In this document: piece after piece, positions 9,360 through 18,355 of the stretch
Numbering within the stretch: position 1 is the first letter of the stretch
Layout of the letters: the number at the start of each line of letters is the position of its first letter
From: Candidatus Sericytochromatia bacterium
GTDB lineage: Bacteria > Cyanobacteriota > Sericytochromatia > S15B-MN24 > UBA4093
Direction of reading: 5' to 3'
Assembly (NCBI GenBank): GCA_036676495.1
Contig: JAKFCT010000029.1
Location: 32,001 to 96,000, forward strand
Length of the DNA: 64,000 nt
The notes under the pieces: generated by a model
What the model was told of the DNA's origin: nothing
The model's input: only the letters and a program-made list of their open reading frames with translations
The model's database searches: none
Position numbers and translations under genes: made by a program

Positions 9360-9629
9360 TTACGGGTTTTGAGCCTTGGTCTTGGGACGCCGACCGATCT
9401 GCGAGTAGAAGCCGATGCCCCGCGTCGCCTTGATCGCTTCCCCGCCCTTCTTGCCGATCTCCGCATAGTGATCGGAGCCGTAGCGCTCCTTGGTCTTGCT
9501 GCCGCCCTTCCGCCCGATCTGGGCGAAGAACTCAGGGCCTCTCTCGGCAGCGAGCGCCAATCCGCCCCGACGACCGAACTCCTTCATCCGAGGATCTCCC
9601 TTCGCGGGACCCCGCTTCTTGCCTGCCAT
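9360..9629 (-). CDS. KGG-repeat stress-induced protein (GsiB/YciG-like)
   Basis: Repeats FGRRGG, FFAQIGRKGG, YAEIGKKGG, FYSQIGRR; GAAGGAGG RBS. Confidence 0.85.
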   Translation of the reverse strand: MAGKKRGPAKGDPRMKEFGRRGGLALAAERGPEFFAQIGRKGGSKTKERYGSDHYAEIGKKGGEAIKATRGIGFYSQIGRRPKTKAQNP

Positions 9630-9824
9630 CGCTTCCCTCCTTCATTACCTGCCGACGTCCCCCTGCAAAACCCCGAGGACTCGTCCCTTCAGGGCCCTGC
9701 ACGCCGGCAACCCTACCCACACCTGATTACTACATTAACTAAAGTATTTAGCCTGAGTGTGTCAGTTTAATTGCAATCCCATAAATGGCCGGGCGCTCGC
9801 CTGTGCTAGAATGGGGGCCGATCC

Positions 9825-9942
9825 CTTGCCTGTCGTTGCTTCAGGACAGCTTCGCTGTCTTGCGCAACAGCCGCGGGCGCTTGCCTGTCGTTGCTTCAGG
9901 ACAGCTTCGCTGTCTTGCGCAACAGCCGCGGGCGCTTGCCTG
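9825..9942. repeat. Tandem duplication of a 55-bp palindromic (REP-like) unit
   Basis: CTTGCCTGTCGTTGCTTCAGGACAGCTTCGCTGTCTTGCGCAACAGCCGCGGGCG occurs twice (9825, 9880) plus 8 bp. Internal hairpin GTTGC..CAGGACAGC/GCTGTCTTG..GCAAC. Confidence 0.9.
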
Positions 9943-9963
9943 CCGTCGCTGCCGGATGCCGCT

Positions 9964-12210
9964 ATGCCCCAGACGCTTTCGCCTGCTTCCAAGTTCCATG
10001 ACCGAGAAATCCTCGCCGGGTTCCCGGGGGAGGGGTTGAAACACGCCCTCTGGGAGCGATTCAACCGATTGCTGGAGGCCGGAGTGCCCAGCGAGGCCAT
10101 CCTCGTCCTGCTCGAGAGCCCGACGCGCTCCCGCTGGACCTCGCTCCTCAAGGGCGAGACGGAGAGCCATATCCAGCCCTCGGCCCGCAAAGAGACGTCG
10201 GATTCCGGTTTCAGCCGCGCCACCGGCCCTCAGCTCGTCTACACTCCCGCCGCGTGGATTCGCCACGAGCTCACCACGTACTGGCCCCTCGTCGAGGAGC
10301 GCCTGAGAGACTGGGGCTTCGTGTCCCCCGGCGCGGGCTATGCCGAGCCCCGAGCGGTCAGCGTGGACCTCGCCCAGTACCTGATGGTCTTCTTCACCCG
10401 CGATCACCGCGCCCAAGGCTGCTTCGAGCAGTCGCGCTCCCCGCTCTTCCTCCAGAACGTCCAGCTCCTCGACACCCTCTCGCGCGGCATCGAGAACGGC
10501 TTCTCTCTGCTGGACCCCATCACCGGCGAGGTTTCCGCCGCAGGCCTGGCCAAGCGACTTGCCGATCGCCTGCGAAGCGGCCACGCAGGCTCCGCCCTCG
10601 ATCTCGAGCTCCTCGACGGAGTCGAGGAGTGCCTCGAACGCTACGTCACCGGCATGCTCCGCCACCGCCTCCTCGACTTCGCGCTCCAGCTCGAACTCTT
10701 CGCGAGCATCCTCCTGAACGCCCCCCGCTACCAGCGCAGCCGCCTCGCCAAGCTCCAGCACGTCCTCGTCGAAAACCTCGACGAGACCTCTCCGCGCATG
10801 CAGGAGATCCTGCGAACACTTCAAACTGGCGGCACCCACCTCTTCGCCACCCTCCAGTCCCAGCTTCCCGCCGACCACCCCTCCCAGATCCTCGGAGGCC
10901 TCCGCGAGTACGTCGGCGCCGATCCCCTAGGCGCCTGGGCTTGGACCCAGGACTGGCACGCGCAGCCCTCGGACGGCCCGGTTCCGTTGCTGGCGGAGCT
11001 GGGAAACGCCCTGCACGACGCCTTGCTGGGAAATGCCCGGGCCGTGGCGCCGGATCCCGCCACGCTCATCATGCGGGGCTTCGACGCGCACCCCGAGATG
11101 CTCGACGCGGCGATCGCCGACCTTTCCGCCCTCCTGGACAAAGGCGTCGCCCCCGAGCACATTGCCTTCGTGGCGCCCGCCATCGACCCCCTGCTCATCT
11201 GGGCCATGCGCGACCGCCTCTCCAAGCTCTCGACCCGGAGCATGCCGCAAGGCGTACCCCTTTACGTCTTTGCCGGCACCAACCGCCTGGTGGACTACCG
11301 CCCCGTCCGGGTGCTGATCACCCTCGCGCGGCTCGCCTACGACTGGGGCGATCGCCCCGACCGCTTCGCCCTGATCGAGCTGCTCGAGCTCGTGACCGGC
11401 CTGCCCTCCCTGCCGCTCGCCAAGGTGGTCGACAAGCTCTGCCCCGACGGCCGCCTCGGCCTCCCCGAACAGCTCACCCTGCTGGGCCTGGACGTCCCCG
11501 AGGAGGCCATGTTCCGCTACAAGAGCCTGCTCTCCTGGCTGGACGAAGCGCGCGAAAGCCTGCCCCCGGAGCTCGCGGACTTCTTCCGGCGGGCCTTTGC
11601 CGAGGTCTACGCCCCGGCCCGCCTTGCGCGCATCGGGGAGGCCGCCGACGAGGCTCAGCAGCGGGAAATCAGCCAGATCGGGCAACTGATCGAGCTTGCC
11701 GAGCGGTTCACGGGGGTGGTCTCGCGCCTCAAGCCGGAGACCCCCGAGGCCTGGGGCAAGGATCTGGTGAGGTTCCTCTTCGGGGGGGCGATCGCCGAGC
11801 GCCCCTTCTTCCAGCGGGAGCCGCACCGAACCTCCATCATGCTCTCGACAGCCTCTCAGCTCGCCGAGAAGGGCTTCGCCCGCCGGGACGACGATCTCAA
11901 GATCTTGTTCATCCTGGACTTCGGCTCGGATCGCTGGTGGAAGAGTGATCGCCGGGAAATGACCAATAGCCGGGTCCTCTCGGTCCGCTGGAACGGCAAG
12001 CCCTACGACAAGGACACGGACGACTTCCAGTCGAACGAGAAGCTCGCCCGGGTGCTGCGCGCCTGCTGCCTCAAGGTCACGGGCCAGCTGCGGGTCTACT
12101 CCAGCAAGACGGACGCCGAAGGCCGGGAGTACTCGGACATCGACTTCGGAGAGCGGTTGCCGGAGCTGCTGGATGAGATCACCTCGTCCGGGAAAAAGGG
12201 AGGACGCTAG
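9964..12210 (+). CDS. Catalytically degenerate UvrD/SF1 helicase-like protein (AddB/AdnA-like partner subunit)
   Basis: Decayed Walker A (GFPGEGLK) followed by GVPSEAILVL; LLDFALQ; decayed Walker B (VLVENLDE). Start MPQTLS; the upstream ORF extension is translation of the 55-bp repeat. Confidence 0.7.
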   Translation: MPQTLSPASKFHDREILAGFPGEGLKHALWERFNRLLEAGVPSEAILVLLESPTRSRWTSLLKGETESHIQPSARKETSDSGFSRATGPQLVYTPAAWIRHELTTYWPLVEERLRDWGFVSPGAGYAEPRAVSVDLAQYLMVFFTRDHRAQGCFEQSRSPLFLQNVQLLDTLSRGIENGFSLLDPITGEVSAAGLAKRLADRLRSGHAGSALDLELLDGVEECLERYVTGMLRHRLLDFALQLELFASILLNAPRYQRSRLAKLQHVLVENLDETSPRMQEILRTLQTGGTHLFATLQSQLPADHPSQILGGLREYVGADPLGAWAWTQDWHAQPSDGPVPLLAELGNALHDALLGNARAVAPDPATLIMRGFDAHPEMLDAAIADLSALLDKGVAPEHIAFVAPAIDPLLIWAMRDRLSKLSTRSMPQGVPLYVFAGTNRLVDYRPVRVLITLARLAYDWGDRPDRFALIELLELVTGLPSLPLAKVVDKLCPDGRLGLPEQLTLLGLDVPEEAMFRYKSLLSWLDEARESLPPELADFFRRAFAEVYAPARLARIGEAADEAQQREISQIGQLIELAERFTGVVSRLKPETPEAWGKDLVRFLFGGAIAERPFFQREPHRTSIMLSTASQLAEKGFARRDDDLKILFILDFGSDRWWKSDRREMTNSRVLSVRWNGKPYDKDTDDFQSNEKLARVLRACCLKVTGQLRVYSSKTDAEGREYSDIDFGERLPELLDEITSSGKKGGR

Positions 12211-12212
12211 CC

Positions 12213-14471
12213 ATGGATCCGACCTCCTCAGCCGCAGGCACTCCCCGTCAAGCGGCGGGTGAGGGAGAGACCTTCCGGCCCGCCCAGGCGGAGGTGCTGC
12301 GCTACGCGGGTGGCAGGCTCGCCATCGCGGCCGTGCCCGGCGCCGGCAAGACCTTCATCCTCACCCGGCTCGCCTGCTGCCTCATCTCGGACCTGGGCGC
12401 AAAGCCCCGTGAAATCTTGATTCTGACGTTTATGCGGGCGGCAGCGACCACGTTCAAGCGCCGGATCAGCAAGGCCCTGCGCGAAAGAGGCCTTCCCTCC
12501 TACGGCCTCCAGGCCTCGACCATCCACTCCTTCTGCCTCTCGGTGGTCAAGCAAGCCTACGAGCGCTACGGAGACCGTGACTACGGGCAAGAAGGCCTGC
12601 AAGTGCTCGCTCCCCTGGAGCAAGCCATGATCCTCTCGGATGGCCTGGATCGCTACCTCAGCGATCCCGCCGCGCGCCGGGACTGGGAGAAGCGCTACCC
12701 GCAGCAGCGCGAGCAGGACGATCCCCGCAAGGCGACCACCGACGCCGCGGCCAAGATCATCTCGGCCGCCAAGAACTTCCGGCTCAAGCCCGCCGAGATC
12801 GACGCGATCGCGGGAATCCCGCCCGAGCTCTCCTACCTCTACCGCCACTACGCCATGGCCCTGCGCGAGCGGAACGCCGTCGATTACGACGATCAGATCC
12901 AGGAAGCGCTCCTCCTGCTCAAGACCAATCCCGAGCTGCGAAGCTACTACCAGAAGCGCTTCCGCTGGGTCATGGAGGACGAGGCGCAGGACTCGACCCC
13001 GGCCCAGAACGAGCTCCTGGAACTCCTGACCAGCCCCGACTGGGGCGGCTCGGGCAACCTGGTCCGGGTGGGCGACTCCAACCAGGCCATCATGGCCAGC
13101 TTCACGTTCAACGACCCGCGCTTCTTCCGGGAATTCTGCGACGCGCAGCAAGCGGAGGGCCGCCGCGTGACCATGGACGAGTCGAGCCGCAGTGCCCCCC
13201 ACATCCTCGACCTCGCCAACCATCTGATCCAGCTCGCGAAGACCCACCCCGATCCCGGCGTCCAGAAGGCCTTCGACCCCGTGCGCATCCAGCCGGCCAC
13301 CGCCGGCAAGGCCAACCCCACCGGAGGCCGCGTCACCTGGGCCATGTTCTCCAGCAAGGATGAAGAGCGGGCCAAGGTGCTCACCGAGGTCCGGGACTAC
13401 CTCAAGGCCCATCCGGAGCGGCGCGTGGCCATCCTTTGCGCCACCAACCCGATGGTCAAGGAGTACGCCGAGACCGCCCGCGACATGGGCCTGCGAGTCT
13501 ACCTGGAAGATGAAGCCAAGCCCAAATCGACCGGGCTCATCCACCTGCTCGGGCGCGTGCTCACGCTCCTATCGCTGCCTCCGACGGCCCAGGCAGCGGC
13601 ATTCTGGCAGGTTATGACGTCGCTCTCCGAGTTGCTCTCCGATCCCCTCGAGGACGAGCCGGCCGCGCATGCCTGGGTGACGCAGGAGGCCAACCTCTAC
13701 GCACTCCTCTATCCCAAGACGGGCCTGCCGCCCCATCGGCCGGCGGCCATTCCCGAAGGCGACTACGCCCGCCTCGTCATGGTGGCCGAGCGCATGCGCA
13801 AGCTGCTGGACGCCCGCCACCTGCCGCCCGTTGAACTGCTTCCGACCATCGCGCGCGAGCTGGTCCCCGATCCGACCGCGCAACTGATCGCGGGAAAGGT
13901 CGCGGCGATCGCCCGGACCCGCTCCACCCGCGCCCCTTACCTGCCGCTGACCGACGAGGAGGCATGGCTCGCCCCGACCTCTCCCCTCGAGGAGACGCGC
14001 GCCCTGCTGGACGAGATCCTCTCCCACACCAAGACCAAGGAGCTGCTGCCCCGCACCGGCGAGACCCGTCCCCCGCAGCCCGGCGAAGTCGAGATCATCA
14101 CCCTCCACCGCTCGAAGGGCGCCGAGTACCCCGCCGTCTGGATCCCCGGCTTGGGCTACTTCAACTCCAACGCCACCCTCACCCATTTCCCCTGGAGCCT
14201 CGACGAAGCCGGCATCCGGGATCTCGAAAGCTTCATGGCCGAGAAGGCCATCATCCACCGGAACGACGACCCGCCGCCCGTCTCGGAGACGCTGATCCTG
14301 GAAGCCCAGCGGCTGCTGATCGCCGAGAAGTTGCGCCTGCTCTTCGTGGGGATCACCCGCGCCGAAGAAGACCTGCGCCTTTCCTGCTACAGCTTCAAGG
14401 GCGCCGACGGAGCCGTCCCCATCGCCCCTCCCCACGTCATGGAGCTTGCCGCCAGATGCCAGACCTCTTAG
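12213..14471 (+). CDS. ATP-dependent UvrD/PcrA-like SF1 DNA helicase
   Basis: AVPGAGKT, ILILTF, STIHSF, MEDEAQD, VGDSNQAI, SSRS, ITLHRSKGAEY and RLLFVGITRA motifs all intact. Confidence 0.9.
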   Translation: MDPTSSAAGTPRQAAGEGETFRPAQAEVLRYAGGRLAIAAVPGAGKTFILTRLACCLISDLGAKPREILILTFMRAAATTFKRRISKALRERGLPSYGLQASTIHSFCLSVVKQAYERYGDRDYGQEGLQVLAPLEQAMILSDGLDRYLSDPAARRDWEKRYPQQREQDDPRKATTDAAAKIISAAKNFRLKPAEIDAIAGIPPELSYLYRHYAMALRERNAVDYDDQIQEALLLLKTNPELRSYYQKRFRWVMEDEAQDSTPAQNELLELLTSPDWGGSGNLVRVGDSNQAIMASFTFNDPRFFREFCDAQQAEGRRVTMDESSRSAPHILDLANHLIQLAKTHPDPGVQKAFDPVRIQPATAGKANPTGGRVTWAMFSSKDEERAKVLTEVRDYLKAHPERRVAILCATNPMVKEYAETARDMGLRVYLEDEAKPKSTGLIHLLGRVLTLLSLPPTAQAAAFWQVMTSLSELLSDPLEDEPAAHAWVTQEANLYALLYPKTGLPPHRPAAIPEGDYARLVMVAERMRKLLDARHLPPVELLPTIARELVPDPTAQLIAGKVAAIARTRSTRAPYLPLTDEEAWLAPTSPLEETRALLDEILSHTKTKELLPRTGETRPPQPGEVEIITLHRSKGAEYPAVWIPGLGYFNSNATLTHFPWSLDEAGIRDLESFMAEKAIIHRNDDPPPVSETLILEAQRLLIAEKLRLLFVGITRAEEDLRLSCYSFKGADGAVPIAPPHVMELAARCQTS

Positions 14472-15382
14472 CCGCAGGCGCTAAAGCCCAGGACCTTCCA
14501 CGCATCAGCGCCTACGCGCTGGGCGTATTCAAGGACTGCGCCCGCAAATACGCCCTGAGGTACCGGCAGAACCGCTACTGGCCTGCCCCAGAGGGCAAGG
14601 CACAGGATCAGCAGAGCGCCCGCGGCTCGACCCGTATCGATGACTCGGCAGGCGATCGCAGCTCGACGTTACAGCGGGGACAGCGCTTCCACGCGCTGGT
14701 GCAAGCCCACCAGGAAGGCCTTCCCCTCGGTTCGATCCTGGAGGCGATGGCGGCGGAGGATGAGGCGATCGCCCCCCTCTGGGCGGCCTTCCTCGCCCAT
14801 CCGGACGCGCGCCCCGAGGGAGAGGTCTGGTCGGAGGTCTCGCTCCACTTCTTCGTGAAGGACGTCCCGGTCATGGCGCGCTTTGACCGGATCGTCCGGC
14901 ATGCGGGACGCTGGATCATCGTGGACTGGAAGACCGGCGGCTCGTGGGAGTCCCTGGAGGAGTCCTGGCAGACCAAGCTCTATCCGTTCGCGCTGGCGCA
15001 TGCCGGCCACGTCCTCAACGACGGGGCGCCCATCCCGCCCGAAGCCGTCACCCTGCGTTACTGGGTCTGGAAGGGCGGTCAGGTCGAGACCCATACCTGG
15101 GATTACACGCCCGAGCGGTACGCGGAGGACCTCGCGACCTTCGAGCGGCAGGCCGAGATCGTGAGCGCTCCTCTGGACGACGCGCATTTCCCGGGGCACG
15201 GGGCCGGAAGCCGCGCCTGCTCGCGCTGCCAGTTCCTGACCCTCTGCCATCCGAAGCCGCTCCCCGAGCCCGAGGCTCCCGAGCTGCCCTTGCCGCGCTT
15301 CAGCGGTCCGCAGGCCCATGCCGCGTCAGTCCCCCCATCAAACGGGGGACAAGACGAGGAAGACTTGAAGGAGCGTGACTAG
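14456..15382 (+). CDS. PD-(D/E)XK (RecB/AddB/Cas4-like) nuclease with probable 4Fe-4S cysteines
   Basis: Start MPDLL (ATG 14456), ISAYAL..FKDCARKY, RGQRFH, E..L, ARFDRI, IVDWKTG, QTKLY, CSRCQFLTLC. Confidence 0.85.
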   Translation: MPDLLAAGAKAQDLPRISAYALGVFKDCARKYALRYRQNRYWPAPEGKAQDQQSARGSTRIDDSAGDRSSTLQRGQRFHALVQAHQEGLPLGSILEAMAAEDEAIAPLWAAFLAHPDARPEGEVWSEVSLHFFVKDVPVMARFDRIVRHAGRWIIVDWKTGGSWESLEESWQTKLYPFALAHAGHVLNDGAPIPPEAVTLRYWVWKGGQVETHTWDYTPERYAEDLATFERQAEIVSAPLDDAHFPGHGAGSRACSRCQFLTLCHPKPLPEPEAPELPLPRFSGPQAHAASVPPSNGGQDEEDLKERD

Positions 15383-17740
15383 ATGGGCATGTGGAACGTT
15401 CGTCAGGCCAACGAGGACGAGGTCGCCCAGCTCTCTCAGAAGCTGGACTTGCCGCGGGCGATCGCCCGCGTCCTCTGGCTGCGCGGCTACCATACGCCTT
15501 CGGAGGCTCAGAAGTTCCTGGCCTCGCGCAACTCGCTCGACTACCTCAACCACCCGATCATGACTCCGGGCATGGAGAAGGCCGTCCGGCGGCTCAAGCA
15601 GGCCCTCGCTGGCGGCGAGAAGATCGTCATCTACGGGGACTACGACTGTGACGGCGTGACCAGCTCGACGGTCCTCTACCGCTACCTTGCGCGCGGCCTC
15701 AAGGGCAACGTCGAGGCCTACCTCCCCGATCGGTTCAAGGACGGCTACGGCGTCACCCCCGCCGCCGTCGAGCGGCTCGCAGCCCAGGGGACGAGGGTGA
15801 TTTTGACGTGTGACAATGGCATTTCGGCCCATGCGGCGGCGGCCACCGCCAAGGCTAATGGGATCGACTTGATCGTGACGGACCACCACCAGGTGCCCGA
15901 GGAGCTTCCGGACGTGCACTCCATCGTTCACCCGCAGGTGGACTTCCCTCACCTCAAGGATCTGGCGGGGGTGGGCGTGGCCTACCTCTTGACCATCGCG
16001 ATGGAAGGGTCGTACACCCCGCGCATGGAGCATTTCCTGGACTTCGTGACCATCGGGACGGTGGCGGACATGGTGCCGCTCAACGGTCCCAACCGCCCGC
16101 TGGTCTGGGCGGGGATCGAGCGCTTCCGCGAGCGTTACGGCCATGGAGCCAAGGGCGTCTTCCCGGGGGTCAAGGCCCTGGGGGCGATCGCCAAGTCCTC
16201 CTTCGAGACCTTCACCCCCCAGGACATCGGGTTCCGCTTCGGGCCGCGCCTCAACGCCGCCGGCCGGCTGGAGACCCCGGATATCGGGTTCAAGCTGCTC
16301 ACGACCAACGACGAGCGTGAGGCCTATCGCTACGCGAGCGAGCTGGACGCCATCAACGTCCAGCGCAAGGAGCTGAACGCCGAGCTGGAAAAGGAAATCT
16401 GCGATCGCCTGGAGCGGGAATGGGACTTCGACCGGGAGCCCTTCGTGGTCCTGGCGGACGAGAGCTTCCACCACGGCATCACCGGAATCGTGGCCGGCCG
16501 GATCAAGGAGCGCTACCGCGTGCCGGTCCTGCTCTTCTCGGGTCACGGGGATTCGCCCTGGAAGGCTTCAGGCCGCAGCCCTGAGGGCCTTCACCTCTAC
16601 GAGGCGCTTCATGCGGTCCAGGAGCATCTCCTGGGCTTCGGAGGGCATGCGCAAGCGGCGGGATGCGCGGCGATGCGGGAATCGATCCCGCTCCTGCGCG
16701 AGGCGCTCAACCGTCACGTCCATGAGTTGGGCTGGACCCGGCCTGCGGACGTGGTCTGGCTGGATGCCGAGCTTCCCTTCGCCGAGGCCACCGAGCAGCT
16801 GATCCGGCAGCTCGATGATCTGGAGCCCTTCGGCCAGAAGAACCCGGCTCCGGTCTTCGGGTTGCTGCAGGCCAGGGTGGTCGGCAAGCGCGTGTACAAG
16901 CAGCATCTCTTCGTGCAGATCGACGACGGCCGCACGGTGGTGGAGATTCCGCTCTGGGGGCAAGCCGACAAGGCCAACGACTACCACGGCTGGGTGCGGC
17001 TCGCGTACGTGCCGGAGATCAACACGTACCGGGGCGAGCGCAAGATCGCCTACCGGATCCTGAGGGTCGAGCGGACCTCGGCTCCCCCGCCGGTGGAGAT
17101 CGCGGCGCCTCAGGCTCCCGCTCCCGTGGAGGACCGGCGCAACGACGATCCGGCCCGGATCCTGGACGCCCTGGCGACGGGGCGGCCCGTCTCGATCTAC
17201 GCGAACCGCCTGCCGTCGGATGCGGCCTTGCTGGCGGCCATGGCCCGGCTGGAGGCCACGCTCTACCTGCCGCAGACTACCCTGCCGCTGGGACTGGGGC
17301 ACCTGGTTTGCCTGGACGTGCCCTACGACGAAGAGGCCTGGACCACCCTTCGGAGCCGGGCGGACGTCGTCACGATGGCCTGGAGCGAGCGCACGGAGAT
17401 GGCCTCCTTGACGACCTTGCCGGCCCTGGACGACCTGCGCGAGGGGGAGTTGAATCCGCAATGGCTGAGGCGGTTCTACCTAGCGCTTTCCGAGCATCGG
17501 GGGCAGCCGCTGGGGGAAGTGGCCTTCCAGATTGCGGGGACGGGTGGGGAGATGCGGGCGATCGCCGCCCTGCGGATCTTCCGCGAAGCGGGCATCTTGG
17601 TCGAGCGTGGCGATTACTGGAGCCTACTCACGCCGCCCGATTGGGACATCCAGCTGCCGCACCTGAAGAGCTTCCAGGCCTACAAGGAGGCGCAGGCCTT
17701 CCGGGAGCGGTTCGCTCGCGGAGCCGTCGTCCCCGTCTAA
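15383..17740 (+). CDS. recJ: Single-stranded-DNA-specific exonuclease RecJ
   Basis: YGDYDCDG, TCDNG, TDHH, GTVADMVPL, PRLNAAGRL, GGHAQAAG and LEPFGQKNP motifs; long C-terminal extension. Confidence 0.95.
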   Translation: MGMWNVRQANEDEVAQLSQKLDLPRAIARVLWLRGYHTPSEAQKFLASRNSLDYLNHPIMTPGMEKAVRRLKQALAGGEKIVIYGDYDCDGVTSSTVLYRYLARGLKGNVEAYLPDRFKDGYGVTPAAVERLAAQGTRVILTCDNGISAHAAAATAKANGIDLIVTDHHQVPEELPDVHSIVHPQVDFPHLKDLAGVGVAYLLTIAMEGSYTPRMEHFLDFVTIGTVADMVPLNGPNRPLVWAGIERFRERYGHGAKGVFPGVKALGAIAKSSFETFTPQDIGFRFGPRLNAAGRLETPDIGFKLLTTNDEREAYRYASELDAINVQRKELNAELEKEICDRLEREWDFDREPFVVLADESFHHGITGIVAGRIKERYRVPVLLFSGHGDSPWKASGRSPEGLHLYEALHAVQEHLLGFGGHAQAAGCAAMRESIPLLREALNRHVHELGWTRPADVVWLDAELPFAEATEQLIRQLDDLEPFGQKNPAPVFGLLQARVVGKRVYKQHLFVQIDDGRTVVEIPLWGQADKANDYHGWVRLAYVPEINTYRGERKIAYRILRVERTSAPPPVEIAAPQAPAPVEDRRNDDPARILDALATGRPVSIYANRLPSDAALLAAMARLEATLYLPQTTLPLGLGHLVCLDVPYDEEAWTTLRSRADVVTMAWSERTEMASLTTLPALDDLREGELNPQWLRRFYLALSEHRGQPLGEVAFQIAGTGGEMRAIAALRIFREAGILVERGDYWSLLTPPDWDIQLPHLKSFQAYKEAQAFRERFARGAVVPV

Positions 17741-17771
17741 GGCCCGACCACACGGCAGGAGGCCATGGGGG

Positions 17772-17851
17772 CCCGTCATTCCCGCCCCTCACCCGTCATT
17801 CCCGCCCCTCACCCGTCATTCCCGCCCCTCACCCGTCATTCCCGCCCCTCA
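17772..17851. repeat. 4 x 20-bp tandem repeat CCCGTCATTCCCGCCCCTCA
   Basis: Exact units at 17772, 17792, 17812 and 17832, each a copy of the 5' half of the adjacent palindromic repeat. Confidence 0.95.
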
Positions 17852-17852
17852 C

Positions 17853-18354
17853 CCGTCATTCCCGCGAAAGCGGGAATCCAGGGCTACTCAACCCTAGAAT
17901 GAGCCCTTTGGCGACGACACCATCCAGAGTCAGCCCAATTCGTGAAACAGGTCCCTCCACTGGGGATTCACCTTTTCGATGAGCTCCAGTTTCCAGGAGC
18001 GGTTCCATTTCTTGATCTGCTTCTCGCGCTGAATGGCAGCGAGCATCGTGTCATGCAGTTCGAAGTATACGAGCATGTGGACGCCGTACCGACGGGTGAA
18101 GCCCTGAACCAAGTCGCTCTTATGCTCCCAGACCCGCTTCACAAGGTCGCTGGTAACCCCGGTGTACAAGGTGCCGTTCCTTTTGCTGGCGAGGATGTAG
18201 ACGGAAGGTTGCTTTGCCATCGCCCCCCCCAAATACAGAGTTCCCGCGAAAGCATCCCCCTGATTTGGGTTTCAGCCTTCACGGGAACGAGCCCCTGACG
18301 TTGTTTACGCGTCGCTGCGCTGCAACTGGATTCCCGCTTTCGCGGGAATGACGG
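17853..18354. mobile_element. GIY-YIG cassette bounded by perfect 29-bp inverted REP/dRS3-like repeats
   Basis: CCGTCATTCCCGCGAAAGCGGGAATCCAG (17853-17881) and its exact reverse complement (18326-18354) enclose one lower-GC gene. Confidence 0.6.
17930..18220 (-). CDS. Small GIY-YIG nuclease family protein
   Basis: VYILASKRNGTLYTGVTSDLVKRVWEHK...LVYFE...AIQREKQIKKWNRSWKLELIE..NP.WRDL. Confidence 0.93.
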   Translation of the reverse strand: MAKQPSVYILASKRNGTLYTGVTSDLVKRVWEHKSDLVQGFTRRYGVHMLVYFELHDTMLAAIQREKQIKKWNRSWKLELIEKVNPQWRDLFHELG

Positions 18355-18355
18355 T

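Noticed and set aside
9757-9963. Cys-rich N-terminal extension of the 817-aa ORF
   Set aside because: It is translation through the 55-bp repeat; the likely start is ATG 9964.
13964-14455. N-terminal 164 aa of the 472-aa nuclease ORF
   Set aside because: Out-of-frame overlap with the helicase; nuclease similarity begins after ATG 14456.
17772-17881. Possible CRISPR array near a Cas4-like nuclease
   Set aside because: The units are contiguous with no unique spacers, and no cas1/cas2 or effector genes are present. The same applies to the 55-bp and 19-bp repeats.
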